Part shown: positions 32,721 to 44,588 of the stretch, piece after piece
Layout of the letters: every line of letters begins with the position of its first letter
How positions within the stretch are numbered: position 1 is the first letter of the stretch
Assembly: GCA_013265495.1 (NCBI GenBank)
Contig: MU058557.1
Coordinates: 124,001-188,000 of the forward strand
Source: Vicugna vicugna
Lineage: Eukaryota
DNA length: 64,000 nucleotides
Direction: 5' to 3'
Made by a program: the position numbers and the translations under genes
Notes under the pieces: model-generated
Told to the model about the DNA's origin: nothing
Databases searched by the model: none
Seen by the model: the letters and a program-made list of their open reading frames with translations, nothing else

Positions 32721-35082
32721 ACACCCTGCTCCCGCTTCCCCGATGCTGGGTGGCCCAGCCGTGGCCTCTTGACCGCGCCGCACACCTCCCGTCCACTCAC
32801 CCCAGGGCTCTTTGTCCCAGCCCCTCACTGCCCAGACCCCAGGGCCCTGCTTGGACAGCAGCGGGCTCCATCCCAGCTCCCTGCGGGCACGCTCCTGAGC
32901 TGGCACTGCCTCCCCAGACCTGGCCTGAGGAAAAGGCCAAGGGAGAAGGGCGTGCCCGGAGGACACCCTTCGGAAGGCCCCGCTTGAGAGCAGGGGTCCT
33001 GCAGGCTTCGCTGGCACAGCCCAGATCAGGCCGCTGGGGTGTGGGGGGTGCCTGCCCCGGAACAGGGAGGCTGGAAGGGTCCCCGGGTAAGGTGGGCACC
33101 TGCATGTCCTCCCCGCCCTTGCCAGAACCTGTAACTGTGTGCGGCTGGTTGCTTAAGGCCCAAGGACTGGGGGGAGTCTGGGGCCTGGACACCCCCGGCA
33201 GGGAAATGCAGCAGGTGGAGGGGCTGGGGTCCCGGATAGAGAGAAGCAGGTGTACCAGGTGAAGTCTGGAGCCAGGATCAATGTCACTACTAGGAGGTGA
33301 GGGACAGGAGGTGTCGGGGCCCCAGGTTGTGGGTCAGAGCAACGCCAAGGGTGACTGTCCTGTTTACACAGGGGCATCCCTGCCGGACGTGGAGGGGAGC
33401 CCCAGGCTGAGCACAGGGTGCCAGGTGTTGGCCGAGGGGTGGGGCAACAGCTGTGAGGGGGTGGCTGGAGGGGAGAGGAGCTCAGCTACAGCGGGGGCTG
33501 AGGAGACTCAGTTTCCCCAAAGGGGGCGGTGGAGGTGGCATGGTCTCCCTCGCTCTCCACAGGACCCTGTCCTGACCTTTAGTGGCCTGCCTGCATCTCC
33601 TCACCTGGACAGCAAAGCTGCCAGGTGAAGCCTCCCTCAACCAATAGGGAACAAGCTGACCAAAGCATTAGTGGGAACCAGTGACAAGTGCCAGGAAGCT
33701 GTTAAGCACGGAGTTCCACCTTCATGCCTGTGAAGTGCTGCCCTGCCCCACTCCTGGAAACGGGCGGGGGTGGGGGGCTTCCAACCAAGAGCACCTGGAG
33801 CACCACCAGGACTCTTCCGGGCCAGCTGGCAGCAGAAGCAACTGAAGGGTGGGTGCTGTTTTCCTCCCCCGATGGGGCGGAGGAGCGCTGGCCGTGGCCG
33901 GTGAGTGGCAGTCAGGGCTGACTTTCACCGGAAGCAGGGAAGCCATTGGAATTCCAAGTCTGCCCTTGAGAACACGCCCCTCCTAAAGCAGAGTGACGGT
34001 TAATAAACTCTCAGGAGACACCGCAGAGCCCCCCCCACCGCTGGCACCCACACTGCTTTCCTCTCTCAGGATTCACCGAGGAAGGGGGGATTGCATCCGA
34101 TGCCCAGCCCTTAAACCAGCTCAGAGGCAAGTCACTGAATCTCAGACACCTTGCAGCAGAGCAGGGACACACAGGAGAGAGTGGACAGGACAGGTGGACA
34201 GGTGTGGCCAGTTTCAGGAAGACAGGTGGAGGTGTGGCCGCAACCCCTCCCTCACAGCAGCAGAAAAACTGGTGCGGGGGTGGGGGGGGTTGACAAAGAC
34301 GCAGCAGGGGAGAACACACCTGAGGAAGTAGCAGACTCCACAGGAGCCCCGGAATCTTAGGAATCTTAGGAGTTCAGCAGTGAGGCCAGTAATCAGCAGT
34401 CACACACGGACGACGGGATGGCAGAAGGAGCTGGAGGTTTAAGAGCAGAGGGACTGCGTTTCCTCAAAATCACACCGTTGCTAGCAGGAGAAACAGCAAG
34501 GGGCAGGCTCTAGCACAGCGAAGGCTGGAGATGACTTGGGGCAAGACAAAGCAGTGGAAATAAGCCTGCCTCAGCTCAACCGCTACTTGCTAAGCACCTG
34601 CTTCGTGCCACACTGTTTGGATGCTAGGGAAGGGAGGGGGCAAGTCGCCTCCCTGGGGAGGGTGCAGTCCAGTGGGGAGGAGGGGGGCTGACAGATGGTC
34701 TGTGACATCACGGGCCTTGAAGACAAGATGATGAGGGGCAGTGGGCAGGGAGAACACCGTGGGGGCACTGTTTATTTAGAGGGTGAGGACATTGGTGAAG
34801 GAGGGACCCACTCAAGTCTAACAGTGGGGGAGAGACCCTCGATGGGCCACGTCCCTGGGCAGGGCCTAGTGGCAAGAGAACCTGGAGGAAGGCACCTGGG
34901 GCTAGAGGCCAAAGTTAGGAAAAGTGTTCAAAGATACACTGGAAAGGTTCCCTGGGGTAACCACAGGGCCTGCACCTCGAAGGTTCCCTCCAAGTTCCAG
35001 GACAGCAGTAGAGTGAGTCACACTGAGACGTACCCTGTCTGGTCGCTGAACTGCAAGGGTTAATAGCATATAAATTAATATT

Positions 35083-35600
35083 ACACAGTGGAACACTACT
35101 CAGCCATTAAAAAAATAAAATAATGCCATTTGCAGCAACATGGATGGACGTAGAGATGATCATATTAAATGAAGTAAGTCAGACAGAAAAAGACAAATAT
35201 CGTCTGATATCACTCATATGTGGAATCTAAAAAAAAGACACAAATGAACTCATCCACAAAACAGAAACAGACTCACAGCCACAGTAAACAAACTTATGGT
35301 TATGGGGGAGGGGAAGGGGGCGGGAGGGATAAACTGGGAGTTCGAAATTTGCAAATACTACTAAATGTAAAATAGACAAACAAGTTTCTTCTGTACACCG
35401 CGGGGAACTATATTCAATATCTTGTAGTAACCTATAGTGAAAAAAATATGAAAACAAATCTATGTATGTGTACGTATGACTGAAACATTATGCTGTACAC
35501 CAGAAATTGACACAACACTGTAAGCTGACTGTATTTCAATTTAAGAAAAAACAAAAATAAATTAATAGCATATAAATAACATAATAGAAAAAAAAAGTGT
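35083..35600 (+). mobile_element. LINE-1 3' end with A-rich tail
   Basis: tactcagccattaaaaaa..atgccatttgcagcaacatggatgga..gaagtaagtcagacagaaaaagacaaata. Confidence 0.9.
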
Positions 35601-36292
35601 TTTTTCCCCAGAAAAAGCATATCACATACAAGGACAAAACACCACGCTGGCCCCGTTTTCTCCAGCAACGTTCAGAGCCTGAAGATGAAGTCGTGAGAGA
35701 AAAACAGCATGACCTGAAATTTTCCCCAGCAAGTGCTCATGCCCGTCTCAAGGCCCCAGGAAAACTTCCTAAACCTAGAAAAACCAAAAAAATTAAGTTC
35801 TTTAGAAATGTAAAAGCTGACCTTCAATGCAGCCAGCGAGCAGCTAATGGAAACAAACACGGGGTGGGCCGGATGCTGGCGTTGGGCTCCAGGCCATGGC
35901 GAGATGCAGACCACGGTGGGCAGGGACCACAGTGGGCAGGGCAGTGCCCGAGCCGCTCCTCACCGTCCAGGGCCCAGCCCCAGCCAGCACTACTAAGCGG
36001 ACGCACGCTGCCCGAACCCAGGCGACACTGCCCCTGGATGTTTGCTGTAATTCCTGAGAATTCTTAGGAGAATCTTTTAAACTTGAGTGAAGCAGCATTC
36101 ACCTAATTTTGGCAATCCTGTTTTCCCTTAAATTTTTAAACATTTGGAAGGAGTATTCTACACTTATTCTCTATTTCCATATGTTCTCTCACCTCTGCTT
36201 GGGCCTTTAGAAATACTCGAATCACCTTCACCTCATGTTAACAGCCGTCCTCTTGGTGATGAAACCGTGGGTGAGATTTTTAAAACTTTGTT

Positions 36293-36393
36293 GGGGGGGA
36301 GGGTATAGCTCAGTGATAGAGCACATGCTTAGCATGAAAAGGTCCTGGATTCAATCCCCAGTCTCTCTGTTAAAAAATGTTAATAAAAGAAAA
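36293..36393 (+). mobile_element. tRNA-derived SINE (Vic-1-like)
   Basis: ggggagggtatagctcagtgatagagcacatgcttagcatg..gattcaatccccag. Confidence 0.9.
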
Positions 36394-36467
36394 TGATGGA
36401 ATAAATATTTGACTTCTGTAATACAAAATATAATAAAGATTAAATTAGGGAAAATTTAAAAAAACAC

Positions 36468-36473
36468 TTTATT
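36468..36473 (-). terminator. TEX22: Candidate TEX22 poly(A) signal AATAAA
   Basis: First minus-strand AATAAA I found downstream of the TEX22 stop (~2 kb). Confidence 0.35.
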
Positions 36474-37024
36474 GCTGGATTGCTGAATAGTAAGCAATCA
36501 TGAAGCCAACGATGTCATTTTTTTCAGTGGGGGCGATGCCGGGCACTGAGTGTCTGCCGGCCCTCAGGAGGCCACCAACACCACCTCCCAGGTGCCCTGC
36601 CAGCCCTAGGGGGCCGCGCCCTACGAGCTGGGGTGTCTATAAGCTCTGCTCCCTGCTCTGAGCCCACAAGCACAGACAAGTGTGGATACAAGGGAGACCA
36701 CGTGGCCAGCCTGGGTGACTGTCCTCCCTGCCACTGGAACGCCCAAGCAGACCCCCTGCCTGGGGGTGTCCCTGTGAGTCTGAGAGGACGTACTGCTCTC
36801 CCTAGACTTGGGGAGGGACCTACCTGGTCGGGAAGCAGAGTGACAGGACAGTTTAGAATGGACGCCTGATGGTGGCACTGCAGTGTCCACTGTCAGCAGT
36901 GACCTGGGTGACGTCCTAACCAGAGCAGAGATGCCTGATCCGTCTGCTGGGTGGCCCTTGCTCTCTTCCGGGCTCCCAGGTCACTCCAGACTCTTCTCTC
37001 TTCCAGGGGCTCCTTGGTGGAGCA

Positions 37025-37135
37025 CTGGTGACATCTGGGGCCCAATCATTCTTGGCTGTGGGGGGCCATCCTGTGCTCTGTGAGGTGTTGAATAGCACCC
37101 CAGCCTCTACCCACTCGATGCCAGGAGCCCCTGGG
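37025..37135. mobile_element. MER20-like hAT fragment
   Basis: gacatctggggcccaatcattcttggctgtggggggccatcctgtgctctgtgaggtgttgaatagcaccccagcctctacccac. Confidence 0.7.
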
Positions 37136-37159
37136 GAAGGCAGAGCACCCCCCGCAAGA

Positions 37160-37535
37160 TGTCCACATCTTCACTCCAAACCAGTGACCGTGCTAGGCTA
37201 CACAGCAAGGCAGGGGTGGTTAAGGCTGCTAACCAGGCTACCTTAAAATAGTATCCTGGGTTACCCAGGGGGGCCCAATGTCATCACAGGGTCCTTAAAA
37301 GTGGAGGAGGCGGTGTAAGACAGAAGCTGTGCTGCTGGCTTTGAAGGTGGAGGAAGGGGCCTCAGGCCCAGCAACGTGGGCGGCTTCTGGAGCTGGAGAG
37401 GCTTCCAGAAGGAAGACGGCCCGGCCCACAATCTGTTCTCGGCCCAGTAAGGCCCGGTTCGGACTTCGACAGAACTTGTGGTTCATGAATTTGAAACACT
37501 AAGTTTGTGGTAAGTTGTTTGGACAGCAACAGGAA
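37160..37535 (+). mobile_element. MaLR LTR (MLT1D-like)
   Basis: gggcccaatgtcatcacagggtccttaaaagtgga..gctggctttgaag..aagtttgtggtaagttgtt. Confidence 0.75.
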
Positions 37536-38438
37536 GCCAGCACAGCCGGGGTGACAACCAAACCATCTCCAGGGACTGTCACGTGTCCCCGGGCAGCACA
37601 CCCCGCTGGAGAGAGCCGGGGCTCTCTGCTGGTCCTTGCTTGTTCCCCACTATCAGACCACAGGAGGTGGGGAGGATGCTGCCCAGCCCTGGGCCTCAGC
37701 CCTAGGGACGCCCCACAGCCTCCACTGTGCTGGCGGGGAGCCCCGGGTGGTCCCCATGGGGGAGGCCTCGTGCAGAGCAGAGGGCCGGCCAGCCCAGTGT
37801 CCTGGACCCACCCCATCTGACTACAGCCTCAGGAGACACCCCGGTAGACCCATCAGGGTGAGCCCAGTGAGGCCCTGGGTCTTGAGTGAGGACATGGAGC
37901 CCTTTAAGGCTACTCAGGTGCAGAGAACTCCACAGCACTTGTCACCCCAGCAGGCCTGTTGACACTTTAGCATGGGAGAGGGTTTTCCTGGCTGGCTCGG
38001 AGCCTGGCCCAGAGCAGGTTCTGGCCCCGGACAGCCATTCCCCATTTCACCAGGGGTCCCTGAGGAGGAGCGAGAGGGCATCCTGGTGCCCCCTGCCTAA
38101 ACCCAGACCCCTTCTCCCCCACCCCTTAGGACACCTCCCCCAGCCCCCACCACCACCCCACCGGCCTGTGGTCCTCCGTCCACCCTAGGCAGCCTAGTAG
38201 AGGTTGGGCTGGGGAAGGCTACCCCACCCGGAGGTGGCCTCCAAGGCCTCAGGGGTGAGTGTCCTGAGGAGAGGGCAGCCAGAGGGTCCCAGGGCGCCCT
38301 GTTCTCATCCCGGGGCGGGTCATGACTCTCCGCTGGGCTATGGAGACGGTGCAGGGGCCGTGCGCCCCAAGCCTGGCAGGCCGCCTCCAGGACCCGCAGG
38401 AAAGGCAGCGGGAGACAGACTCGGGGCTGAGTTGGCTC

Positions 38439-38618
38439 TTAGGAGGGCGGTGACCTCGAGGCCTGGGCCTCCAAAGTCACGTTGTGCCAGAAAGGCGCGC
38501 TCCGGACCAGGAAGGCGTGGAAGGCGTTGGTGGACTCGGCGGACCTCGGCGGGCGGGGGAGGAGCACGTCCTTGTCCACGCCCTGCGACACCAGCTCGGC
38601 CACGATCCGCGGCAGGTC
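38439..38618 (-). CDS. TEX22: TEX22 last coding exon (DLPRIVAELVSQGVDKDVLL...FWHNVTLEAQASRSPPS*)
   Basis: ccgcag|GAC acceptor, TAA stop; matches recalled TEX22 C-terminus; syntenic between PACS2 and MTA1. Confidence 0.9.
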   Translation of the reverse strand, partial: DLPRIVAELVSQGVDKDVLLPRPPRSAESTNAFHAFLVRSAPFWHNVTLEAQASRSPPS

Positions 38619-38698
38619 CTGCGGGCGACGGCGGGGCCAGGGTGCGGGGCGGGGCCGGCCGACAGAGGGGCCGCGGAAGCCTCCGCGCGCCCGCGCAC

Positions 38699-38833
38699 CC
38701 GGCCCGAGGGCGTCGGCGTCGCGTCCGCGTGTCCCGGCCTCTCGCAGCCGCCCAGCGCGGCCAGTCGCCGGCGTTCGCTGATGCTGACGCTCCAGCGGCG
38801 GCTCGGGCGCCTGCTCTCCGGCGGCTCGCACAC
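38699..38833 (-). CDS. TEX22: TEX22 middle coding exon (VCEPPESRRPSRRWSVSISERRRLA...), 135 nt
   Basis: ccgcag|GTGTGC...CGG|gtgcgc; phase 0-0; followed by an 80-nt intron. Confidence 0.88.
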
Positions 38834-39619
38834 CTGCGGGGACAGGGCAAGGATCTGCGCCGGCCACGCCTGGGGGTCCCCACACCAGCCGACCCTCTGC
38901 ACCCTCCGCACGGGGCGGGGGGCGCTTTCCACAGCGCAGTGCGCTCAGCCTCCCCAGTGCCGGGGGACGGTCAGAACCTCAGCCTCCGGGACTGTGGCTT
39001 TGCGTGGCTTCGCACGGCAGCTCTGCGCCTGGACACCGCGGCCGCAGCCCCGGCCCGGCCTTACAGCACACGGGTCGGGCTCCCTAGACGGTGATGTCCT
39101 TGCAGCCAAGGTCATGGTCCTCCGGTTGGTGCCCGTGCCTGGTCCTGACTGGGCAGAAGCCGCCTCCCTACAGTGGACACACTCTGGGGAGGCCCCCAGG
39201 ACAGGCAGGCACCTCAAGCAAGGCGGGACCCAAGGTCAGCTGCTCGCCCTCAAGCCCTCCTAAAATGACCATAGAGAGGTGCAGGAAAAGAATACGGCTC
39301 AGGCGTCCATAAGGACCCAAGAACAGGCCACAGGGCACCAGTGCAAGAGGGCTGTCAGCACAAGACAGCAGGTTGGAAACCGGTTACCAACTGGGAAAGG
39401 CCAGAAGCAGGGTGCAACCCCTGCAGGATCCCCCTCCCCCCGGGCCTTCCCAGGTGGGCTGTGAGAGACTCCCAGAGCCCCTCCCTGACTCTGCCCAGCC
39501 AGGGGTCATCCCAAAGCATCCCTGAGTGAAGCCAGGTCACTCTTTGCAGTGCCGTAGTGGGGGAGGGGGGCATGCTAAAAATAAAAAGAGGATTAAGACC
39601 AAACTCAGTCCCCATTCCT

Positions 39620-40160
39620 CCAGAAATTAAAAATAGAACTACCATATGATCCAACAATCCCACTTCTGGATATACACCCAAAGGAACTGAAAGCGTCTCA
39701 AAGAGATATTTCTGCACTCATGTTCATAGCAGCATTATTCACAGTAGGCTGCAACCCAAAGGTTCATCAGTGGATGAATGAACTAGCCGTATATGGCAAG
39801 TCCATACAATGAAATGTTATCCAGCCTTAAAGAGGAAGGAAATTCTGACGCTCGCTGCAACATGGATGAACCTCGGAGACATGAAGACTCGGAGTGAAGT
39901 AAGCCAGTCACAAAAAACACAAATACTGTTTGGTCCACGCATAGGAGGTGCCTAGAGTCACAGGATTCAGAGTCCGCACGTGGAAAGCTGGCCACCCCGA
40001 AAGCTGGCTGGAGGAAAGGAGGGGAGTTGCTGTTTATGGGGACAGAGGTCCAGATCTGCAAGATGAGAGAGTTCTGGAGATCTGTTTTGCAATAATGTGA
40101 ATATACTTTACACAACTGAACCGTACACTTGAAAGTGGTTAGAATGGCCAAAAAAGAAGT
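39620..40160 (+). mobile_element. LINE-1 (L1M) 3' fragment
   Basis: aaaatagaactaccatatgatccaacaatcccacttctggatatacacccaaaggaactgaaagc. Confidence 0.9.
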
Positions 40161-40707
40161 GAAGTCCCCAGCCCCTCTTCCCACTTTGCACCAAGAAGCC
40201 CCTCCACCCGGGGCAGGGGAGGGGTCCTTTCTGGAGGAAAAGACCACCCCTGGGGAGAAGGCCTGCAGACAGTAAGAGTGGGTGTGTCCAACATAGCAAC
40301 CGGAAGCCAGCCCCATCAGCCCACAGGAAGGCTGACCACGGGGGGGGGGGGGGGGGGCCCCGGGGGACGGGGGGGCCCCGGGCGGGCCTTGGGGAGCCCT
40401 GAGGCACGTGGAGCCTCTGGCGAGCCTTGCGGGCCCCACTCCTTTGTGGAGACCTAGAGCTGGCACCAGCCGCCCCAGAAAGCCTCTATCACGAAACACA
40501 GACCCTAGACCTCCAGCCAGGACGAAACTCTGAGGACAGGGAGCACAGGAAGGCCTGGCCCCCACTGCCCCACTATAACTGATGTTCTCCTAGACCCTTC
40601 GTATCCATGAAACAAGAAGAGGATGATGTGCAAAAGGGCCGGTCAGAGAGCAGGGACAAGTTCTTTCAAAGTAAAAATGTGATGTCAGAATCACAACTTC
40701 TCAGATG

Positions 40708-41065
40708 GTGTGGGAGATTGTCGGCCCTAATCCTTCCCTCCCCTCCTGTCACAGAATCCCCTCGAGTACGTGACGTCAGAGTGTTCCCACTAGAGTACAT
40801 TCTTCTGCCCCCGCAATGCTGGGTGGGGCTGCAGATGCTGACGGAGCATGTGCTCTGGATGTGCCTGCGTAGTCCAACTGGGCCCTGGGTTTCTGTCACC
40901 ACTGCGAGCACAGCCTTCCCTGGGAAGGCCTCGGGAAGGCAGAGGCAGGTGAGACATGACCCCAGCTGACCTCAGATCTGTAGGCAGAGAAACAGAAGTT
41001 TGCTGTTGTGTATCCTGGAAACTTTGGGGTTATTCCTCACAGCGCATTGGGACGGCAAATGCTGG
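40708..41065 (+). mobile_element. Degraded MaLR-type LTR
   Basis: tgtgggagattg start; tttgctgttg..tttggggttattcctcacagc end. Confidence 0.45.
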
Positions 41066-42711
41066 TAACAGAACAGCCACAAAGCACAGAAAGGCCCGGA
41101 GAAAACAGCCTTCAAAACGTGAGAAAATTGGAGAATCAATCGTGGGCATCCAACACCCAGCTAACAGAGTCTTCAGAAAGAGAGAGAAGAGAGACAATAA
41201 GCACGGACACACACGCATGCGCACAGGAGGAGCCAGGCTCTAGGCTGAAAGGGACCGAGAAAGGAAACCGACTGGCACCAGAGGACGCACGGTGCGGCGA
41301 CACTTCAGATCGACGGCAAGGGGGACCAGGAGCTTGGGTTCCAGAGGCCGACAAGCCGGGCACACACCAAGGCCCGGAAGCCGCCCGGCCCGGGGCAGCG
41401 AGCAGCAGCCCTGGGAGCTGGAGGGGACGGGACTGTGCCCTCAGAATCCCAAAAGTAAACTATTTCCCACCTAGAATCTTCACCCAGACGAGGTATCACT
41501 CAGGCGTGTCAGCAGAATAAAGATATTCTCACAACTTTAAACTCTCAAGGCCTTAAATATCCTCTGGCACGAGGGCGAAACGGAGCTCCCGGACCTGAGG
41601 TGTCAGGGCGCGTGTGAGCAGAAAGTCATGGCTTTGCAGAAAGTTTGGGGGGAAAGTCATAACCAGTGCACAGACAATGAAGGTGAAGTGGGAGGGCCAG
41701 GAGGGTGCAGCATCACCTCCAGGGAAACACAGAAGCTGTCTGAGAAGGCAAACCTCACCATTCTTAGGGGAACTTCTCCATGGTCAGCTGTGGACCAGGC
41801 TCACATGGTCGCTGGAGAGCAGACCTCGGAAGCGGATTGCGATAAAAAGATGAAACAATCAAAGTGGGAGGACGGGGCGGGGGGGCCAGGTCCTCAGCCT
41901 CTGTGGGAGGAGCCCCCAGAATCTGAAACCGAGGAAACAAGGAAGAGCAGTGTAAATGTGCGGTAGCAACAAGGGCTGGAAGCCAGGACTCCTGGCAGGG
42001 CGCTGTCCTGTCCTGTGCTCGCACCTGTTCATAGAAGCAGCACAAACCGTGACAAAGAGAGACTCGAGTGACGCAGCAGAGTGACCTAGCTGACAGAGCG
42101 CACGCCCTGGGACCCACGTTCTAACCAACAAACAGGGCTCACAGCAGGACAGGCTCCCCAGCGCAGGACGTGGGAGGGGGGTCACATTCTGTGACCGCAG
42201 TGCCCTCCAACTGGAAACCAACCATAGAAGGAAAACAAGACGCTCCCACTGGCAGGGACGCACCAACGCGCCCTGCTTCTCGAGTCCTGGGTGAAAAGGA
42301 GAAAACCAGGACTGAAGCCCACCGTTTGGTGGGGGGTAGGGCCCTCCACCAGCCGACACACAAAAGCTTTCAGTGCTGGAAAATTAGGGAAAACCTCAGC
42401 AAAGGGGCAGAGCGAGTCACTCAAGAAGCTGGGAAAAGAACAAGGAAATCCACAGAAGGTTTAAAGACAGAATTGGGAAAGACGGACGAGTAAACTAAAA
42501 TGAAAAAAACAAAGCAAAACAACAGTAGATGGTGATCAGAGGCTGGTTCTCTGAAAAACCAACCAAACAGCACCCGTCTTTCGCCGGCGTCCTCACCGGC
42601 TCCGCACAGGTCCGTCATCACCGTTCTAGCCAGTCGTTTCATGTGGGGAGCCCACTCTGCTGTTGCTTTATGGAGTGTAAGTCCGTAGGCTTCGTGCACT
42701 TCCCTGCTCTA

Positions 42712-42712
<1 letters not shown>

Positions 42713-42752
<40 letters not shown>
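42713..42752 (+). repeat. (TTGA)10 microsatellite
   Basis: Perfect tetranucleotide run. Confidence 0.97.
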
Positions 42753-42754
<2 letters not shown>

Positions 42755-42919
42755 TTTTGCTCAGTTTTAAAACCTGTTTTCCCTTTGCTTTCCAGCATCG
42801 CATTGTAGATTCTGGTTGGTAAACGTGTGAATATTCTGAAGGTTGTGACTATTTCCTTCCAGGCGGTCTTACAGCAGTTTTGTGTCTCGGGTTGTACCAG
42901 CCTTTAAAAGGGCTGGCAG

Positions 42920-43043
42920 GTTTTATTTTTTGGTGGGGGAGGTAATTAGATTTACTTACTCATTCTTGGAGGAAGTACTGGGGATCCAGCCCAGGACCTC
43001 ACGCACGCTAAGCACGTGCTGCCACTGGAGCTGCCCCCTCCCC
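42920..43043 (-). mobile_element. tRNA-derived SINE (Vic-1-like)
   Basis: gggggaggtaattag..gtactggggatccagcccaggacctcacgcacgctaagc (reverse copy). Confidence 0.85.
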
Positions 43044-44089
43044 CGCAACGGCAGGCAGATTTCTCAGGGCTTTCTTTTAGAGACTGGGCCTAAGAGCGGC
43101 ACTCCCCACGCGGATTCTAAACGCTGCCACGTTCTCCCAGCACTCCTGTGGTTGGGCGTAAGCGTTCGGTGTGTGTGTGTGCTTGATGAGTGAAGATTCA
43201 CAGTCTCCTAAATGGACAGCGGATCACCCCACTGCCATACACTGGAAAGTCTGTCTCCCCCAACGCTGCAAAGCAAAGCATACATTAAATCCTTAGAGTT
43301 AAACAAGGGCCTCTTCCTCGGGGGTTGGGTGGTGGGTCTCCTCACTGACTTCTATCCTGATGCCATGCAGCGCCACTGCTGGAGCTCAGAAAAATCCTCA
43401 GGTTTTCAAATCAGGTCGCTATTTTGCGGTAATAGCTTGTTTCCTTTTATACATTTTTGAATTTTGGATACAGGAGGCCACGTGGCCCAGGGATGGCCAC
43501 TTGCTTCTCTCCCGCAGGAGCACACCAGTCAGACCACCTCGCAGGGCGAGGACGGGCATCTGCCGCTCTGCTTCCACAGGACGCTGGCAGAGTCGGGTGG
43601 CTAAGTTCGCTTGTGGACCAGCACGAGACTGTCCACGGTCTGCTCTCACCCAGTCGGCTGGAACAGTCCACGATTCAGCCGGCACACCTCCCCGTGCACG
43701 TCGAGGGGCTGGGGTGTTTCCGACCTGCTCTGAGGGAGGCTGCCTCTTACCTGTGGTGTTGGTCCAGCCCGCTTCCTGCACGTGCGGACTCCGGTCATTA
43801 CCCCTGCGGCTGCACCCTGTGTTTTGCGGTCTTGCCTGTTTTATGGGTCTTTCTCCGGCCCGTCTTCCTTCTCCTGAATCTGCTGGGCACTGTTTCTGTT
43901 CAACTCTCCTCACCATTTCTTCCAGACTGGTTCTTTTCCTGGTCTTTTGCTGTAATCAACACTCACCAAATGCACCTAAGTCTGAAGCTGACACGAGCTC
44001 CGTGGGCTTCTCAATCACCGCCAGGAGTCTAGAACACGGATGTGCCAGCTGTGAGAGTCAGCCGGGCTCCCCAGCCTTCTTCCCTCTCA

Positions 44090-44270
44090 GGTGACAGCAG
44101 CTCTGCCTGACACGTCAGTGTAACCTCACGAGAGCCCTCCAGCCAGAGCCACCCAGCAAAGCAGCTCCCAAACTCCTGATCTACAGAAACTGGAACAAAA
44201 ATATTTATTGTTGTTTTAAGTGACTAAATTTTGGAGACATTTGTTATGCAGCAACAGGTAACTAATACAC
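44090..44270 (+). mobile_element. MaLR LTR 3' fragment
   Basis: tttattgttgttttaagtgactaaattttggagacatttgttatgcagcaacaggtaactaataca. Confidence 0.7.
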
Positions 44271-44463
44271 TGCCAGAAACACTATGTTCATTTAGGACAA
44301 AAATTTCAAGATTCATGAAGAGTTTTTTTTTTTTAAATTAGGATTGCTGTGAATTAGTTTATTTGGGGGAGGAATCTGGCAGGTTAAGAACATATACCTT
44401 CCTAGCCAATAATATGGTACAACTTTCCATTAGGAGTTCTCTGTCATTCAGTCATTTAAAAAA

Positions 44464-44588
44464 TTTTTTTTCAGGGGGTAATTACGTATATTTATTTTAT
44501 TTATTTCTTAATGGAGGGACTGGGGATTGAACCCAGGACCTTGTGCATGCTAGGCATGTGCTCTGCCACTGAGCTGTACCATCCCCCC
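44464..44588 (-). mobile_element. tRNA-derived SINE (Vic-1-like)
   Basis: actggggattgaacccaggaccttgtgcatgctaggcatgtgctctgccactgagctgtacc. Confidence 0.9.

Noticed and set aside
31500..33262. Long ORFs (364-544 aa) on both strands
   Set aside because: They run through 424 Ns and a stop-poor CpG island; low-complexity translations
34351..34371. Small tandem duplications (ggaatctta x2; also ggacacggat x2 near 15856)
   Set aside because: Ordinary slippage with no functional context
36296..36365. tRNA-like gene
   Set aside because: SINE head with an A-rich tail and five diverged relatives in the window
40340..40385. G18 run and G-rich tract (G-quadruplex candidate)
   Set aside because: G4-like motifs are common here (for example GGGCA repeats at 30591-30617) and long homopolymers are error-prone
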